Notes under the pieces: model-generated
What the model saw: only the letters and a program-made list of their open reading frames with translations
What the model was told of the DNA's origin: nothing
The model's database searches: none
Assembly: GCA_963741095.1 (NCBI GenBank)
Contig: CAVUGN010000001.1
Span: 32,001-96,000 of the forward strand
Source of the DNA: an uncultured Candidatus Micrarchaeota archaeon
GTDB lineage: Archaea > Micrarchaeota > Micrarchaeia > Micrarchaeales > Micrarchaeaceae
DNA: 64,000 nucleotides
Reading direction: 5' to 3'
Program-made: the position numbers and the translations under genes
Part shown: piece by piece, positions 30,240-39,557 of the stretch
Numbering within the stretch: position 1 is the stretch's first letter
Layout: each line of letters begins with the position of its first letter

Positions 30240-31439
30240 TTGAGACTAGACAGCGGTTCGCACCCAAACCTGTACAAGCTGGGAATGAAGCTGCATAGCA
30301 TAAGTCCTGATCTTTGGGATTACGGCCTGCAGACCCTAGCGTTGCCCAGCCAGCTCTCTTCGGAAGCGAGGATGCGGTTCGGGGACAGGCGCAAGGCCGG
30401 GAAGATGAATGGCGCAGTCATAGAGCTGACGGTGCGGTGCAACCTAAGGTGCAGCATGTGCTGGTGGTGGGGCGAGAACGGAATAGCGTTCAAGCTGATG
30501 AAGGAGAAGCATCCGCTAGTCGCCAACGAGCTCACGACAAAAGAGATATTCAACGTGGTCGACCAATTGGAGGAGTGGAAGCCTTCCATATACCTATCGG
30601 GAGGTGAGCCGTTCATAAGGGACGATACTGTCGACATAATCGAGTACATAACCAAAAAAGGCATGTCGGTCATCACGAACGACAACGGGACGATACTCGC
30701 CGAAGACAAGCTGCAGAGGCTTGCGAAGATAAAGAACCTGACGATCAACTTCTCGATAGACGGGCCCAAGGAGATACACGACAAGATACGCGGCCAGGGG
30801 ATGTTCGACAAGACTGCCAGAACCATAAGGCGCCTGCTCGAATTGAGGGGCGACTCGATATATCCGGCCATCAAGACCAACACCACGTTCTCGCCATGGA
30901 TAGTCGGCAGCATAGACCCGCTGATAAGGTACCTGCAAGACGATGTCGGCGTCGATGCGGTAAGGATGCAGCACCTCTGGTTCACCGATAAGGAGCATGC
31001 AGAAGCGCACAAGAAAGTGCTCAAGCAGATATTCGACGCGAATGAGACGGGAGTAGATTCGCACATCATCTCGACCCCGGAGCCGGACTATCTGGAGAAG
31101 CTGGCCGATGAGATAATCAAGGTCGAAGGCACGAAGTACAAAAAACCGGTGTTCATACACCCGAGGCTCACGAAGGAACAGATAAAGAAGTATTACACCG
31201 ACCTGCTTTTCATGAAAAGGGATCGCTGCCTGATGGCCTGGGATTCGGTGCAGATAAAGGCGGACGGCAGCGTCGTCTTCTGCCCGGACGAATGGATAGC
31301 CGACTTCAAGCTCGGCAACGTGAGGGAGACCAGCATAAAGGAGATGTGGAACGGCGAAAAGGCGGGCAAGTTCAGGGAAGAGCTTTACAAACGGAAACTG
31401 TTCCCGGCGTGCGCCAGATGCTGCGCCCTGAACGGATGA
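30240..31439 (+). CDS. Radical SAM enzyme with SPASM/twitch domain
   Basis: ELTVRCNLRCSMC, SGGEPF and SIDGPKEIHDKIRG. C-terminal C...DGSVVFCP...LGNV...WNG...CARCC. Confidence 0.9.
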   Translation: MRLDSGSHPNLYKLGMKLHSISPDLWDYGLQTLALPSQLSSEARMRFGDRRKAGKMNGAVIELTVRCNLRCSMCWWWGENGIAFKLMKEKHPLVANELTTKEIFNVVDQLEEWKPSIYLSGGEPFIRDDTVDIIEYITKKGMSVITNDNGTILAEDKLQRLAKIKNLTINFSIDGPKEIHDKIRGQGMFDKTARTIRRLLELRGDSIYPAIKTNTTFSPWIVGSIDPLIRYLQDDVGVDAVRMQHLWFTDKEHAEAHKKVLKQIFDANETGVDSHIISTPEPDYLEKLADEIIKVEGTKYKKPVFIHPRLTKEQIKKYYTDLLFMKRDRCLMAWDSVQIKADGSVVFCPDEWIADFKLGNVRETSIKEMWNGEKAGKFREELYKRKLFPACARCCALNG

Positions 31440-32258
31440 TCAGGCCTTCGTTGCGAATATTATCCCGCTCCCCCTGTTGAGATCCTTGTCCCTGAGCTCG
31501 ATCTCGAATCCCTTCTTCTTCAGGAAATCGGCCATCTCGCCCCTCTTCCTGCCGCCCACTTCGTGGTACTCCATGCAGATGTAATCTACGTCGAAATCCT
31601 TGTCGCGCATCTCTTTTATCATGCCCCATTCGCTGCCCTCGGAATCCATCTTGAGTATGTCGACATGGCCCACCTTCTTCAGTATCGCGCTCATCGTTGT
31701 GCTCGTGACGAGCTTGTATCCCTCTCTCCCGCGGGCGTCGTTGCCCGCCCTGACCGTGGAGAACGAGACTGAGCTTTTGCTCGTGTAGAGCTTCACCTTG
31801 CCCCGGGTGCCGCCCACGGCAAGATTCAGCGGGACTATCCTTCCGGCGAGCTTGTTCGCCCTTATGTTCTCCTTCATCAGGTTGAAGTTGCTCATGTCCG
31901 GCTCGTAAGCGTAGACCTTCGGCATCTTCAGCGCGCTGCAGGCGTAGAGCGAGAACAGGCCTATGTGCGCGCCTATGTCCAAGACGGTAGGCTTGGCCCT
32001 GTTGCGCACGCTCTTCGGCAGCCTGCTGAAGTAGGGCTGCCCGAGGAATATCTCGAGGAATGTCTCCATGTCCGCGAGCTTGTTCTGCCGCATTATTATC
32101 TTGAGCCCGTCCTTGGTCTCGACCTCGTAGGTCCGGTCGGGCAATGCGATTCCGGCTTTGTTCAGCATGAAGAAGTACATGAACTCCGGCCAGCTTGCAG
32201 CTGACAGCGAATTGAAGTACATGCCAAGCGTGTCAAGGTTCGTGATGGCGTTGTCCAT
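31440..32258 (-). CDS. FkbM-family methyltransferase
   Basis: LDIGAHIGLFS, VYAYEP, LKMDSEGSE and MEYH. Confidence 0.88.
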   Translation of the reverse strand: MDNAITNLDTLGMYFNSLSAASWPEFMYFFMLNKAGIALPDRTYEVETKDGLKIIMRQNKLADMETFLEIFLGQPYFSRLPKSVRNRAKPTVLDIGAHIGLFSLYACSALKMPKVYAYEPDMSNFNLMKENIRANKLAGRIVPLNLAVGGTRGKVKLYTSKSSVSFSTVRAGNDARGREGYKLVTSTTMSAILKKVGHVDILKMDSEGSEWGMIKEMRDKDFDVDYICMEYHEVGGRKRGEMADFLKKKGFEIELRDKDLNRGSGIIFATKA

Positions 32259-32419
32259 GGAAGATGCACATTTGATGTTGTTGATTCGGCTGTTATTGTC
32301 TGTACAAATTTAAAAAGACCGCATATCTTAGGGAATAGACGGAAAGCTATTTAATTGGGGGTACCCAGTACTATAACGTCAGTGGGAGTGCGTATTCTGG
32401 CGCGTTTTGCGATGATGGA

Positions 32420-33367
32420 ATGAACTACGGCGTTATAGATTATCTGTTCGGCGTCTACGGCGGATCGAAGGAGCTGCCACACATAATGATGGTCGCTAAG
32501 AACTGGTACACCGTTGCGCTCTTCCATCTCGGATTGGTGTCGTCGTTCTACCTCAAGGTGAGGGGCGAGAAGGACAAGAAGGTCTGGATAGGCAGCTACG
32601 CCGACTACGACAGGTTCTGGAGGGACACAGGCAGCATGAAACTGCTTGAGAATTCGGATGTCTACAAGAGGGTGAAGATAAGGAAGGATTTTGTGGAATT
32701 CTCTTACAAGGGAAAAATACTCAGGTTCTTTTACGAAGGAAACGCGCAGCTCATTGACGCGATAAGCCTGATAGGCGAGCAGTTCTGGAGCGATGCTTAC
32801 AAGCGCCTAGAGGCCAAGGGCAACACCGTCATCGACGTAGGCGCCAACGTCGGGGATTCCGCGGTATACTTTGTCATGAACGGCGCAAAACACACCTACG
32901 CCTTTGAGCCTTACCCTTACGCCTACAGGAAGGCTGTGCGCAACATCAGCACTAACGGGCTGGGCGGCAAGATCACCATGATAAACGCAGGATGCGACGG
33001 CAAGGACACGCACATGACGCTTGACGATGGGCTCAGGAGCAATTCGGGCAGCAGATTGGAGAAAGTGAAAAGCGGCAAGAGAGTGCCCATGCTCTCGCTC
33101 GATACGATAGTGGAGAGGTACTGCAAAGAGGATGCGGTGCTGAAGATGGACTGCGAAGGTTATGAGTACCCGGCGATACTGAAGGCGAAGACGGCAACGC
33201 TCAGGAAGTTCAAGCGCATGATGATAGAGTACCACGACGGCTACAGGAATCTGGAGGCGAGGCTGCGAGAGGCCGGGTTCGAAGTAAGGCACGACAGGCC
33301 CAACACGATATCGCATTCGCATCACTTGGTGGGCCTCATGTTCGCGCGGAGAATCGATGCGAAGTGA
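32420..33367 (+). CDS. FkbM-family methyltransferase
   Basis: IDVGANVGDSA, YAFEP, LKMDCEGYE and IEYH. Confidence 0.88.
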   Translation: MNYGVIDYLFGVYGGSKELPHIMMVAKNWYTVALFHLGLVSSFYLKVRGEKDKKVWIGSYADYDRFWRDTGSMKLLENSDVYKRVKIRKDFVEFSYKGKILRFFYEGNAQLIDAISLIGEQFWSDAYKRLEAKGNTVIDVGANVGDSAVYFVMNGAKHTYAFEPYPYAYRKAVRNISTNGLGGKITMINAGCDGKDTHMTLDDGLRSNSGSRLEKVKSGKRVPMLSLDTIVERYCKEDAVLKMDCEGYEYPAILKAKTATLRKFKRMMIEYHDGYRNLEARLREAGFEVRHDRPNTISHSHHLVGLMFARRIDAK

Positions 33368-33431
33368 TGCGATTCTCTCGTTTAGTGCGGCGTTACGTCA
33401 CTGATAAAAGCCTTATTGTTGTAGCCATAAT

Positions 33432-35074
33432 ATGGCTATACTCGACTTTGTGGTATCGCTACTTGTCGATATATCGTTCTCATGGCTGAGGATGCTCGTC
33501 GCGCTGCTCATCTCCATCCTTCTGGGGCTCGGGATAGGCATATACGCGGCGCGCAGGGAATGGGCCGAGAAGGTCATAATGCCGATAATCGACATTCTGC
33601 AAACGCTGCCGATACTCGCCTTCTTCCCTTTCGTCATATACGTCATCGTCGCGACCGTGCCCGGCTACGTGGGGATAAACGCGGCGGTCATATTCCTCAT
33701 AATAACGAGCATGGTCTGGAACATCATCTTCGGGGCCTTCGAGGCGGTCAAGACGTTGCCGCTTGAGATCTCAGAGGTATCTGAGGTGTACAGGATGGGC
33801 GCGCTGGGAAGGATAAGAAGGATATGGCTGCCTGCGAGCATGCCAAAGGTCGTGGAGCAGGCGATGCTCTCATGGTCTATCGGGCTCTTTTACCTCGTCA
33901 CTAGCGAGATCTTCTCCACCGCGAACAGCACCTACACGGTCAAGTACGGCATAGGAGTCGCACTCACGAACCTCGCGCTGTCGGGCAATTACCTCGAGTA
34001 CGCGCTCGGCATCGGCGTATTCATAATCTTTGTAATCCTGACAAGGGCGCTGCTCTTCGCGCCGCTTGGAGACCTATCTTCTCGCCTTACGGCGACCAGA
34101 AGCAGAGGAAGCACAGGCTGTCAAATTTCATACACCGGTTCAAGACGCCCAGGCTGCTGCGGGTGCACTGGCATGTCTTCAACATCGAACTGAAACACAG
34201 GCCGCGCATCAACTACGCGGCGAGAAACGAGAACATGACGAAGGCGAAGACGGGAAAGCACCTGCTGGACAGGCGCGGCTACACCCTCTTGGCGGTTGGG
34301 ATGGTCGCCCTCCTGCTCATTTCGCTTTACAGCATCGGAATCATCACTGTCAAGGATTTCGGCTACGAGTACGAGGTGCTTTTGGCGCTTGGCGCGTCGT
34401 TCGCAAGGATCTGGCTGGCCTTCGCTGTGATACTTGCGATATCCGTGCCCGTCAGCGTCTACCTCGTCTTCATGGCGAAGCACAGGAACGCCTACGTCAC
34501 GCTGTTCCAGGTGCTGGCATCCATACCCGCGACGATACTGCTGCCGCTCATAGTCCTTGGCCTGCAGAAATCGCCGTACCACAACGAGCTCGTGGCCTTT
34601 GTCATTTTCGTCCTCAGCGGCCTGTGGTACGTGATATTTGGCATAATGTCGAACAGGAATGCGATACAGAACAGCGTGTTGGAGGCGAAGGAGGTGTTTG
34701 GGGTGAAGGGAATAAAAGCATGGAAGTCGATCTACCTTAAGGCGATAGTGCCGGGATTGATAACCGGCGCAGTGACCTGCATAGGCGCTGAATGGAACGC
34801 AAGCATAGTGGCCGAGTATTTCAAGGCGCCGGTTGCAATGAACACCACCACGATTGCAGGCAGCACGGCTGTGGCCAACTCTGCGGCAACACTGAACGGC
34901 ACGGTGCTGACTTCGGTGAAGGTAGGAATGGGTAAATTCCTGAACGTCGAGCTTGCTGCGGGGCACTACTGGCTGATGGCGCTGGCATTGATAAACATGA
35001 CTGTGATGATTGTACTGATAAACAGGCTGCTGTGGAAGAGGGCATACAACAGCGTTGCGAAGGTGTACAAGTAA
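33432..35074 (+). CDS. ABC transporter permease, NitT/TauT family, two BPD_transp modules, frameshifted near 34065-34080
   Basis: 'PIIDILQTLPILAFFP' and 'WNIIFGAFEAVKTLP' in the first half; 'FQVLASIPA', 'PGLITG' and 'WNASIVAEY' in the second. The two ORFs join across a local indel. Confidence 0.85.
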
Positions 35075-35085
35075 GAAAAGGTGCT

Positions 35086-35829
35086 ATGATGGACATTATC
35101 GATGTAGAGGATGTTTCTTACAGCTTCGGGGAATTGAGGATAATGGAGGACATCTCGTTCTCCAGCCAGCTCAACCAGTTCGTCTCGCTGATAGGTCCGT
35201 CCGGCTGCGGCAAGAGCACGCTTCTCAGGATAATGGCGGGTCTGATAAAGCCGGATACGGGCGAGGTCCTTTACAAAGGCAGGCGGGTCGAGGGGCCGAT
35301 AAAGGAGATATCGTTCGTCTTCCAGGACTTCGGCCTGCTGCCGTGGCTCACGAACCTTGAGAACGTGAAAATCGGCCTTTCTGCGGCAAACATGAGCGAA
35401 GAGAGGAAGACCGCAGCGGCAAAGAAGCTGCTGGCGCAGTTCAAGCTTGACGGATTCGAGAATTCTTATCCGAACATGCTCAGCGGGGGCATGAAGCAGC
35501 GCATAGGAGTGGCGCGCGCGATAGCCTCCGAGCCGAGGGTGCTATTGATGGATGAGCCCTTCAGTTCCGTGGACGAGCTGACGGCAGAGACGCTGAGGAC
35601 GGACATAATGCACATGCTCAAGAGCAAGGACATATCCGTGAATACGGTCGTGATGGTCACCCATAACGTCGAAGAGGCGGTGGAGATGTCTGACAAGATA
35701 GTGATCCTGTCTAACAAGCCCTCGCGCGTCAAGGAGATAAAGACGATCGATTGGAAGTACCCGAGGAGCAGGAGGGACAAGAGGTTCATGGACCTTGTGG
35801 ATTATGTCTACAAGGTGCTGACGAAATAG
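35086..35829 (+). CDS. ABC transporter ATP-binding protein, NitT/TauT family
   Basis: GPSGCGKS, VFQDFGLLPW, LSGGMKQR, LLMDEPF and VTH. Confidence 0.95.
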   Translation: MMDIIDVEDVSYSFGELRIMEDISFSSQLNQFVSLIGPSGCGKSTLLRIMAGLIKPDTGEVLYKGRRVEGPIKEISFVFQDFGLLPWLTNLENVKIGLSAANMSEERKTAAAKKLLAQFKLDGFENSYPNMLSGGMKQRIGVARAIASEPRVLLMDEPFSSVDELTAETLRTDIMHMLKSKDISVNTVVMVTHNVEEAVEMSDKIVILSNKPSRVKEIKTIDWKYPRSRRDKRFMDLVDYVYKVLTK

Positions 35830-35836
35830 AGGCTTG

Positions 35837-36313
35837 TTACGGTATCGACCAGGTGTCGTTGCTCACGTCGTAGGACAGCATCCTCAACCTTACCGCCCAT
35901 TTCAGCAGCAGCATCTTGAGGAGCTCTGCGTCGACCGATTTTTCAGTGTAAAGCGTTATGCCTGCGCCGCTGAGAAGATCCGCGAGCTTGCTGGTGCTGA
36001 CGCGTTTCTGCAGACCCACTATCTCTAGAACGTGCTTGAATGGCTCTATCTTTGATAGCTGCCTTGAGAGCTCGTTGCGCATGTTCCCGGCCGTCAGGTT
36101 GATGCCGTACTCTGTTAGTTGTATGGAGCCTTCATTGACGGTGCAGAGCCCCAGCATCCTGCATGCGTCGACAAGCGGCAGTAGGACATCGATCCCCTTC
36201 TTCGTCTCTTCCGCGACCTTTGACAACTCTATGGAATTCCCGTTGTCCTTAGCGAGTTTGATTAGGCTTCGAAGCTCTGTTATGCCTGTGTTCAGCGGGA
36301 ACATCTCATTCAT
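35837..36313 (-). CDS. Stand-alone AAA-associated C-terminal domain (normally fused to NitT/TauT ABC ATPases)
   Basis: 'IDVLLPLVDACRMLGLCTVNEGSIQLTEYG...LLKWAVRLRMLSYD' resembles the AAA_assoc_C winged-helix domain. Convergent with the ATPase gene. Confidence 0.6.
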   Translation of the reverse strand: MNEMFPLNTGITELRSLIKLAKDNGNSIELSKVAEETKKGIDVLLPLVDACRMLGLCTVNEGSIQLTEYGINLTAGNMRNELSRQLSKIEPFKHVLEIVGLQKRVSTSKLADLLSGAGITLYTEKSVDAELLKMLLLKWAVRLRMLSYDVSNDTWSIP

Positions 36314-36379
36314 GGGATTCCTTTCAATATTTTCTGATAAAGCTTTTAAGCTTGCTGTTGCCGGGTTGCCTGCAGAGAA

Positions 36380-36880
36380 CTACCAGGGAACCTTCTTGAG
36401 CCGGAGCGCGTTCGCGCAGATGTTTGCGATCAGGTGCAACGGGCCCGTCAGCAGTAGGAGGAAGAGGAAGCCGTAGAGTGTCGGCAGATGGCCCAGCGGA
36501 AACGCAAAGAGCAGCGCGAAGAAGAAGAAGCCGTACTGATCGAGCAACGGAACGTTGGTGCCGGGCGCCATGCCCGCCTGTCTCTTCATGAAGCTGCCCA
36601 GCAGGTCCCCGAATATCGCGCCCAGCGACAGTGCTATTGAGGTATAGAGCAGGTATGGAAGGACTTGGCCCTCAACGATCCCGACTATCAATCCCACGAT
36701 TATGCCTGCCACGACTCCCTTTATCGTCTTGCTGTTGCCGAATATCCTCTTCTTCCTAAATCTCTTGTTAAGGTCGAGGGGCCTTCCGCCGCCGAATATT
36801 ACAGGAGCCCCGTTCGCAGCATAGGCCGCGAATATGTAGATTAGCGGGTAAATCACTATGGAATAGAGATTCTCGTACAA
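36380..36880 (-). CDS. carS: CDP-archaeol synthase (DUF46)
   Basis: AYAANGAPV, GRPLD, RIFGNSKT, GDLLGSFMKR, LLDQ and LKKVPW. TTG start with GTGAT SD. Confidence 0.9.
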   Translation of the reverse strand: MYENLYSIVIYPLIYIFAAYAANGAPVIFGGGRPLDLNKRFRKKRIFGNSKTIKGVVAGIIVGLIVGIVEGQVLPYLLYTSIALSLGAIFGDLLGSFMKRQAGMAPGTNVPLLDQYGFFFFALLFAFPLGHLPTLYGFLFLLLLTGPLHLIANICANALRLKKVPW

Positions 36881-36884
36881 CGGA

Positions 36885-39557
36885 TCACGCCTTTGCCTCA
36901 AGTCTTCCTTCCGCTATCCTCTTTGAACCGCCGCCCTTGAATGCCATGTCTTGCCTCTTTGCCTCCTCTTTTGCGAATTCGAGCGCGTCCTCTTCGGATT
37001 CGCTACCGGAGACTGCGACTACTTCCGAACGCTTGTTGTAGAGCAGTATTGCCCCCTTAGGCTTCGCGTCAGCGAATTTCGTTGCTATCTTCCTGAGCAG
37101 ACTCCTCTCGTAGTCGAGCTCTTTGACTAGCTCGTCGTCGCGCTCCTCGGCTAGCTCCTTTGCGATGTAGCCGCTGAGCTGGTCCTCCATAGACTCATAG
37201 CTGTATTTGTACAATCCCAGTTCCTTCATCTTTGCTGACAGCCCCGGTTCCAGCTTATCCCTGTCGACTCCGGTAAGCTTCGCAAGGTTGTCTATGCTGT
37301 GCTCCATGCCTATCACGTGCTCCAGCGCAGCCGGACCCGCCACGAACTCTATCCTGTTTATCCCGTCATGGATTCTCGATGAGCGTATTATTTTTATTAT
37401 GCCTATTTCTGATTCCTTGCCGCCGAGATGGAGGCCTCCACAAGCCTCAGCGTCTATGAGGTTGCCCTTCAGGTCCCTTATCTGGATTATCCTGAGCTTC
37501 CCAGACGGGGTGCCGTGGCCCTGGTAGATTGAGAAGCCGAACTTCGCTTCCGCCTCCTTCCGGTCCATCTCCTCTGCGCTGACCTTTATGCCATTCATTA
37601 TGTACGAATTTGCCTTGCTCTCTATCTCCTCGATCTGCTTGTCGCTAAGCTTCTCGTAGTGCGCTATGTCTATGTGGGCTTTGTCGTAGGATTTCTTCGC
37701 CCCTTCCTGCCAGGCGTGCTTGCCCAAAACGGCTCTTGCCGCTGCGCTGACCAGGTGCGTTGCCGTGTGATGCGCCACCAGCCTCATTCTGCGTTCTCCG
37801 TCAATTATGCAATGGACTGACTGGCCCTTCTTGAACGGCGCGGGCTTGACCAGAGTGTGCACTATGACACCGCCGGTGCTCTGTACGTCCTTGACACCGA
37901 CGCCCTCTATTGAACCGGTATCCGCTTCCTGGCCTCCGCTCTCAGCATAGAACGGCGTCCTGTCCAATACGACCATGTTGCCCGAAACGAGCAGCACCTT
38001 GGAATCTGATTCATGAACATCGCTATAGAACAGCTTGGTTGTAGAGGGGATACCGGTGACATCGATGCCGGCGACCTTTGGTTCCTTTCTCTTCTCTGTG
38101 AAATCTCCCTTGACGAGCTCGTTGTATGATTGTTCAGGTATGTCGATCTTTACCTTCTTCGATTCTGCTATGGATTTTATGAAATCTGGCGTAATGCCGT
38201 TGCTTTCGTACAAAGTCCTCACGCGCTCCGGAGTCAATGGCTCATGCTTCTCTATGACCATGTTGACTATCTTCTGCGCCGCTGCCTTGCTGTTCTCGTA
38301 TCTCTTCCTTTCCACTTCGATAACGTCGTTTATCTCGTTCAGGCTCTCGCCCACATGGCTGTAGAGCCCCGAGAGATCTTTGGAGTGCATCTCGATTATT
38401 TTCATGAGGTCCATGTTCAACCCGTACTGGCTGGCGAGGTCGAATATCCTTCTGAGTATGATTCGCAGGTTGTAGCCCCCTCCGACATTGCTCGGCAGCG
38501 CGCCGTCGCTTATCGCGAACAGCAGCGTCCTCGTGTGGTCGGCTATCGCGTACGCGGCCTGCATCGGCTTTATTACATTCATGTAATCGCTTTCCGACAT
38601 GCCTGCCTTCTGCAGCAGCTTCTTCTCGAACGCATCGATGTCAGACATCTCGTCCATGTTCATGAGGCCGAAGCTGCCCGCTATCTTTGAATACGCCTTA
38701 ACGTCATGCTTGATGCCGGTGCTGTGGTGTATGTAGTCTAGCTCCTTCTTGAAGACCGCATCGTAAGCGGTTTGCGTGCCGCAGTGGTACCACAGTAGAC
38801 GTTCGAAGCCCCAGCCCACGTCCACGACCTTGCTGCTGAGCTCCCTTGTCTTGCCGTTGAAGTACTCGAACTGCGTGAAAACGTTGTTGCCAAGCTCCAG
38901 CCCTTTCGAAAAGAACTCCAGGCTGGGGCCGAATTCAGAGAAGTCGCCCATGGCCCAGACGTCCTCGATGTAAGTCATATCCTTCTTGTCGATTCCCAGC
39001 ACCTCCGTAAGGAACTTGAAATTCAATTCGATGGTCCGATCGCGCCAGTACCCCTCCTTGGGGTAGTTGAACACCGTCTGATTGGCCATCATGAACGAGG
39101 TGAAGTGACGGCCGGTGATGCCGACGTTGGATATGTCGTTGAAGCGCATGCATATCTGCGGCACGACAAGCGGATTGGCTGGGTACTCGAAATTCATCTT
39201 CCCACCCTCTATGCGCTGGAAGTCCTGTATGCCGGCGATCGTAAAGTAAAGATCCTGCCTCCACCTGCTGACGACCGGATAGCTGTCAACGATCGCATGG
39301 CCTTCCTTCTTGAAGAAATTGGAGAACTTGTTCCAGAATTCGATGTATTCTACGCTCTTCGGCTTATCCTTTATGAAGGAGTATGGCTCATGCGCTGGGT
39401 CGCCGCAAAGTTCCCTTTCATTGTCGACGGTCCAGAAGCTCTTCCCGCACAGTTTGCACGTCTTCCTCTCGAATCCCTCTTTCTTGAACGTCTCCGTTAC
39501 GTAGTACTTGTTGGGCGTCTTGGAAAATTCGCTCCTCAGTTGCTCTTTGTTAAGCAT
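36885..39557 (-). CDS. alaS: Alanyl-tRNA synthetase (archaeal type)
   Basis: YPVVSRWR, VPQICMRFNDI, GRHFTSFMM, VDVGWGFERL, IADHTRT, editing motif HHTATH...EACGG, and C-terminal GGGS. Confidence 0.97.
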   Translation of the reverse strand: MLNKEQLRSEFSKTPNKYYVTETFKKEGFERKTCKLCGKSFWTVDNERELCGDPAHEPYSFIKDKPKSVEYIEFWNKFSNFFKKEGHAIVDSYPVVSRWRQDLYFTIAGIQDFQRIEGGKMNFEYPANPLVVPQICMRFNDISNVGITGRHFTSFMMANQTVFNYPKEGYWRDRTIELNFKFLTEVLGIDKKDMTYIEDVWAMGDFSEFGPSLEFFSKGLELGNNVFTQFEYFNGKTRELSSKVVDVGWGFERLLWYHCGTQTAYDAVFKKELDYIHHSTGIKHDVKAYSKIAGSFGLMNMDEMSDIDAFEKKLLQKAGMSESDYMNVIKPMQAAYAIADHTRTLLFAISDGALPSNVGGGYNLRIILRRIFDLASQYGLNMDLMKIIEMHSKDLSGLYSHVGESLNEINDVIEVERKRYENSKAAAQKIVNMVIEKHEPLTPERVRTLYESNGITPDFIKSIAESKKVKIDIPEQSYNELVKGDFTEKRKEPKVAGIDVTGIPSTTKLFYSDVHESDSKVLLVSGNMVVLDRTPFYAESGGQEADTGSIEGVGVKDVQSTGGVIVHTLVKPAPFKKGQSVHCIIDGERRMRLVAHHTATHLVSAAARAVLGKHAWQEGAKKSYDKAHIDIAHYEKLSDKQIEEIESKANSYIMNGIKVSAEEMDRKEAEAKFGFSIYQGHGTPSGKLRIIQIRDLKGNLIDAEACGGLHLGGKESEIGIIKIIRSSRIHDGINRIEFVAGPAALEHVIGMEHSIDNLAKLTGVDRDKLEPGLSAKMKELGLYKYSYESMEDQLSGYIAKELAEERDDELVKELDYERSLLRKIATKFADAKPKGAILLYNKRSEVVAVSGSESEEDALEFAKEEAKRQDMAFKGGGSKRIAEGRLEAKA

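Noticed and set aside
33432-35074. Two separate permease genes or programmed frameshifting
   Set aside because: The halves join as the usual double-module permease across a local indel with no slippery heptamer, consistent with the other indel errors in the window.
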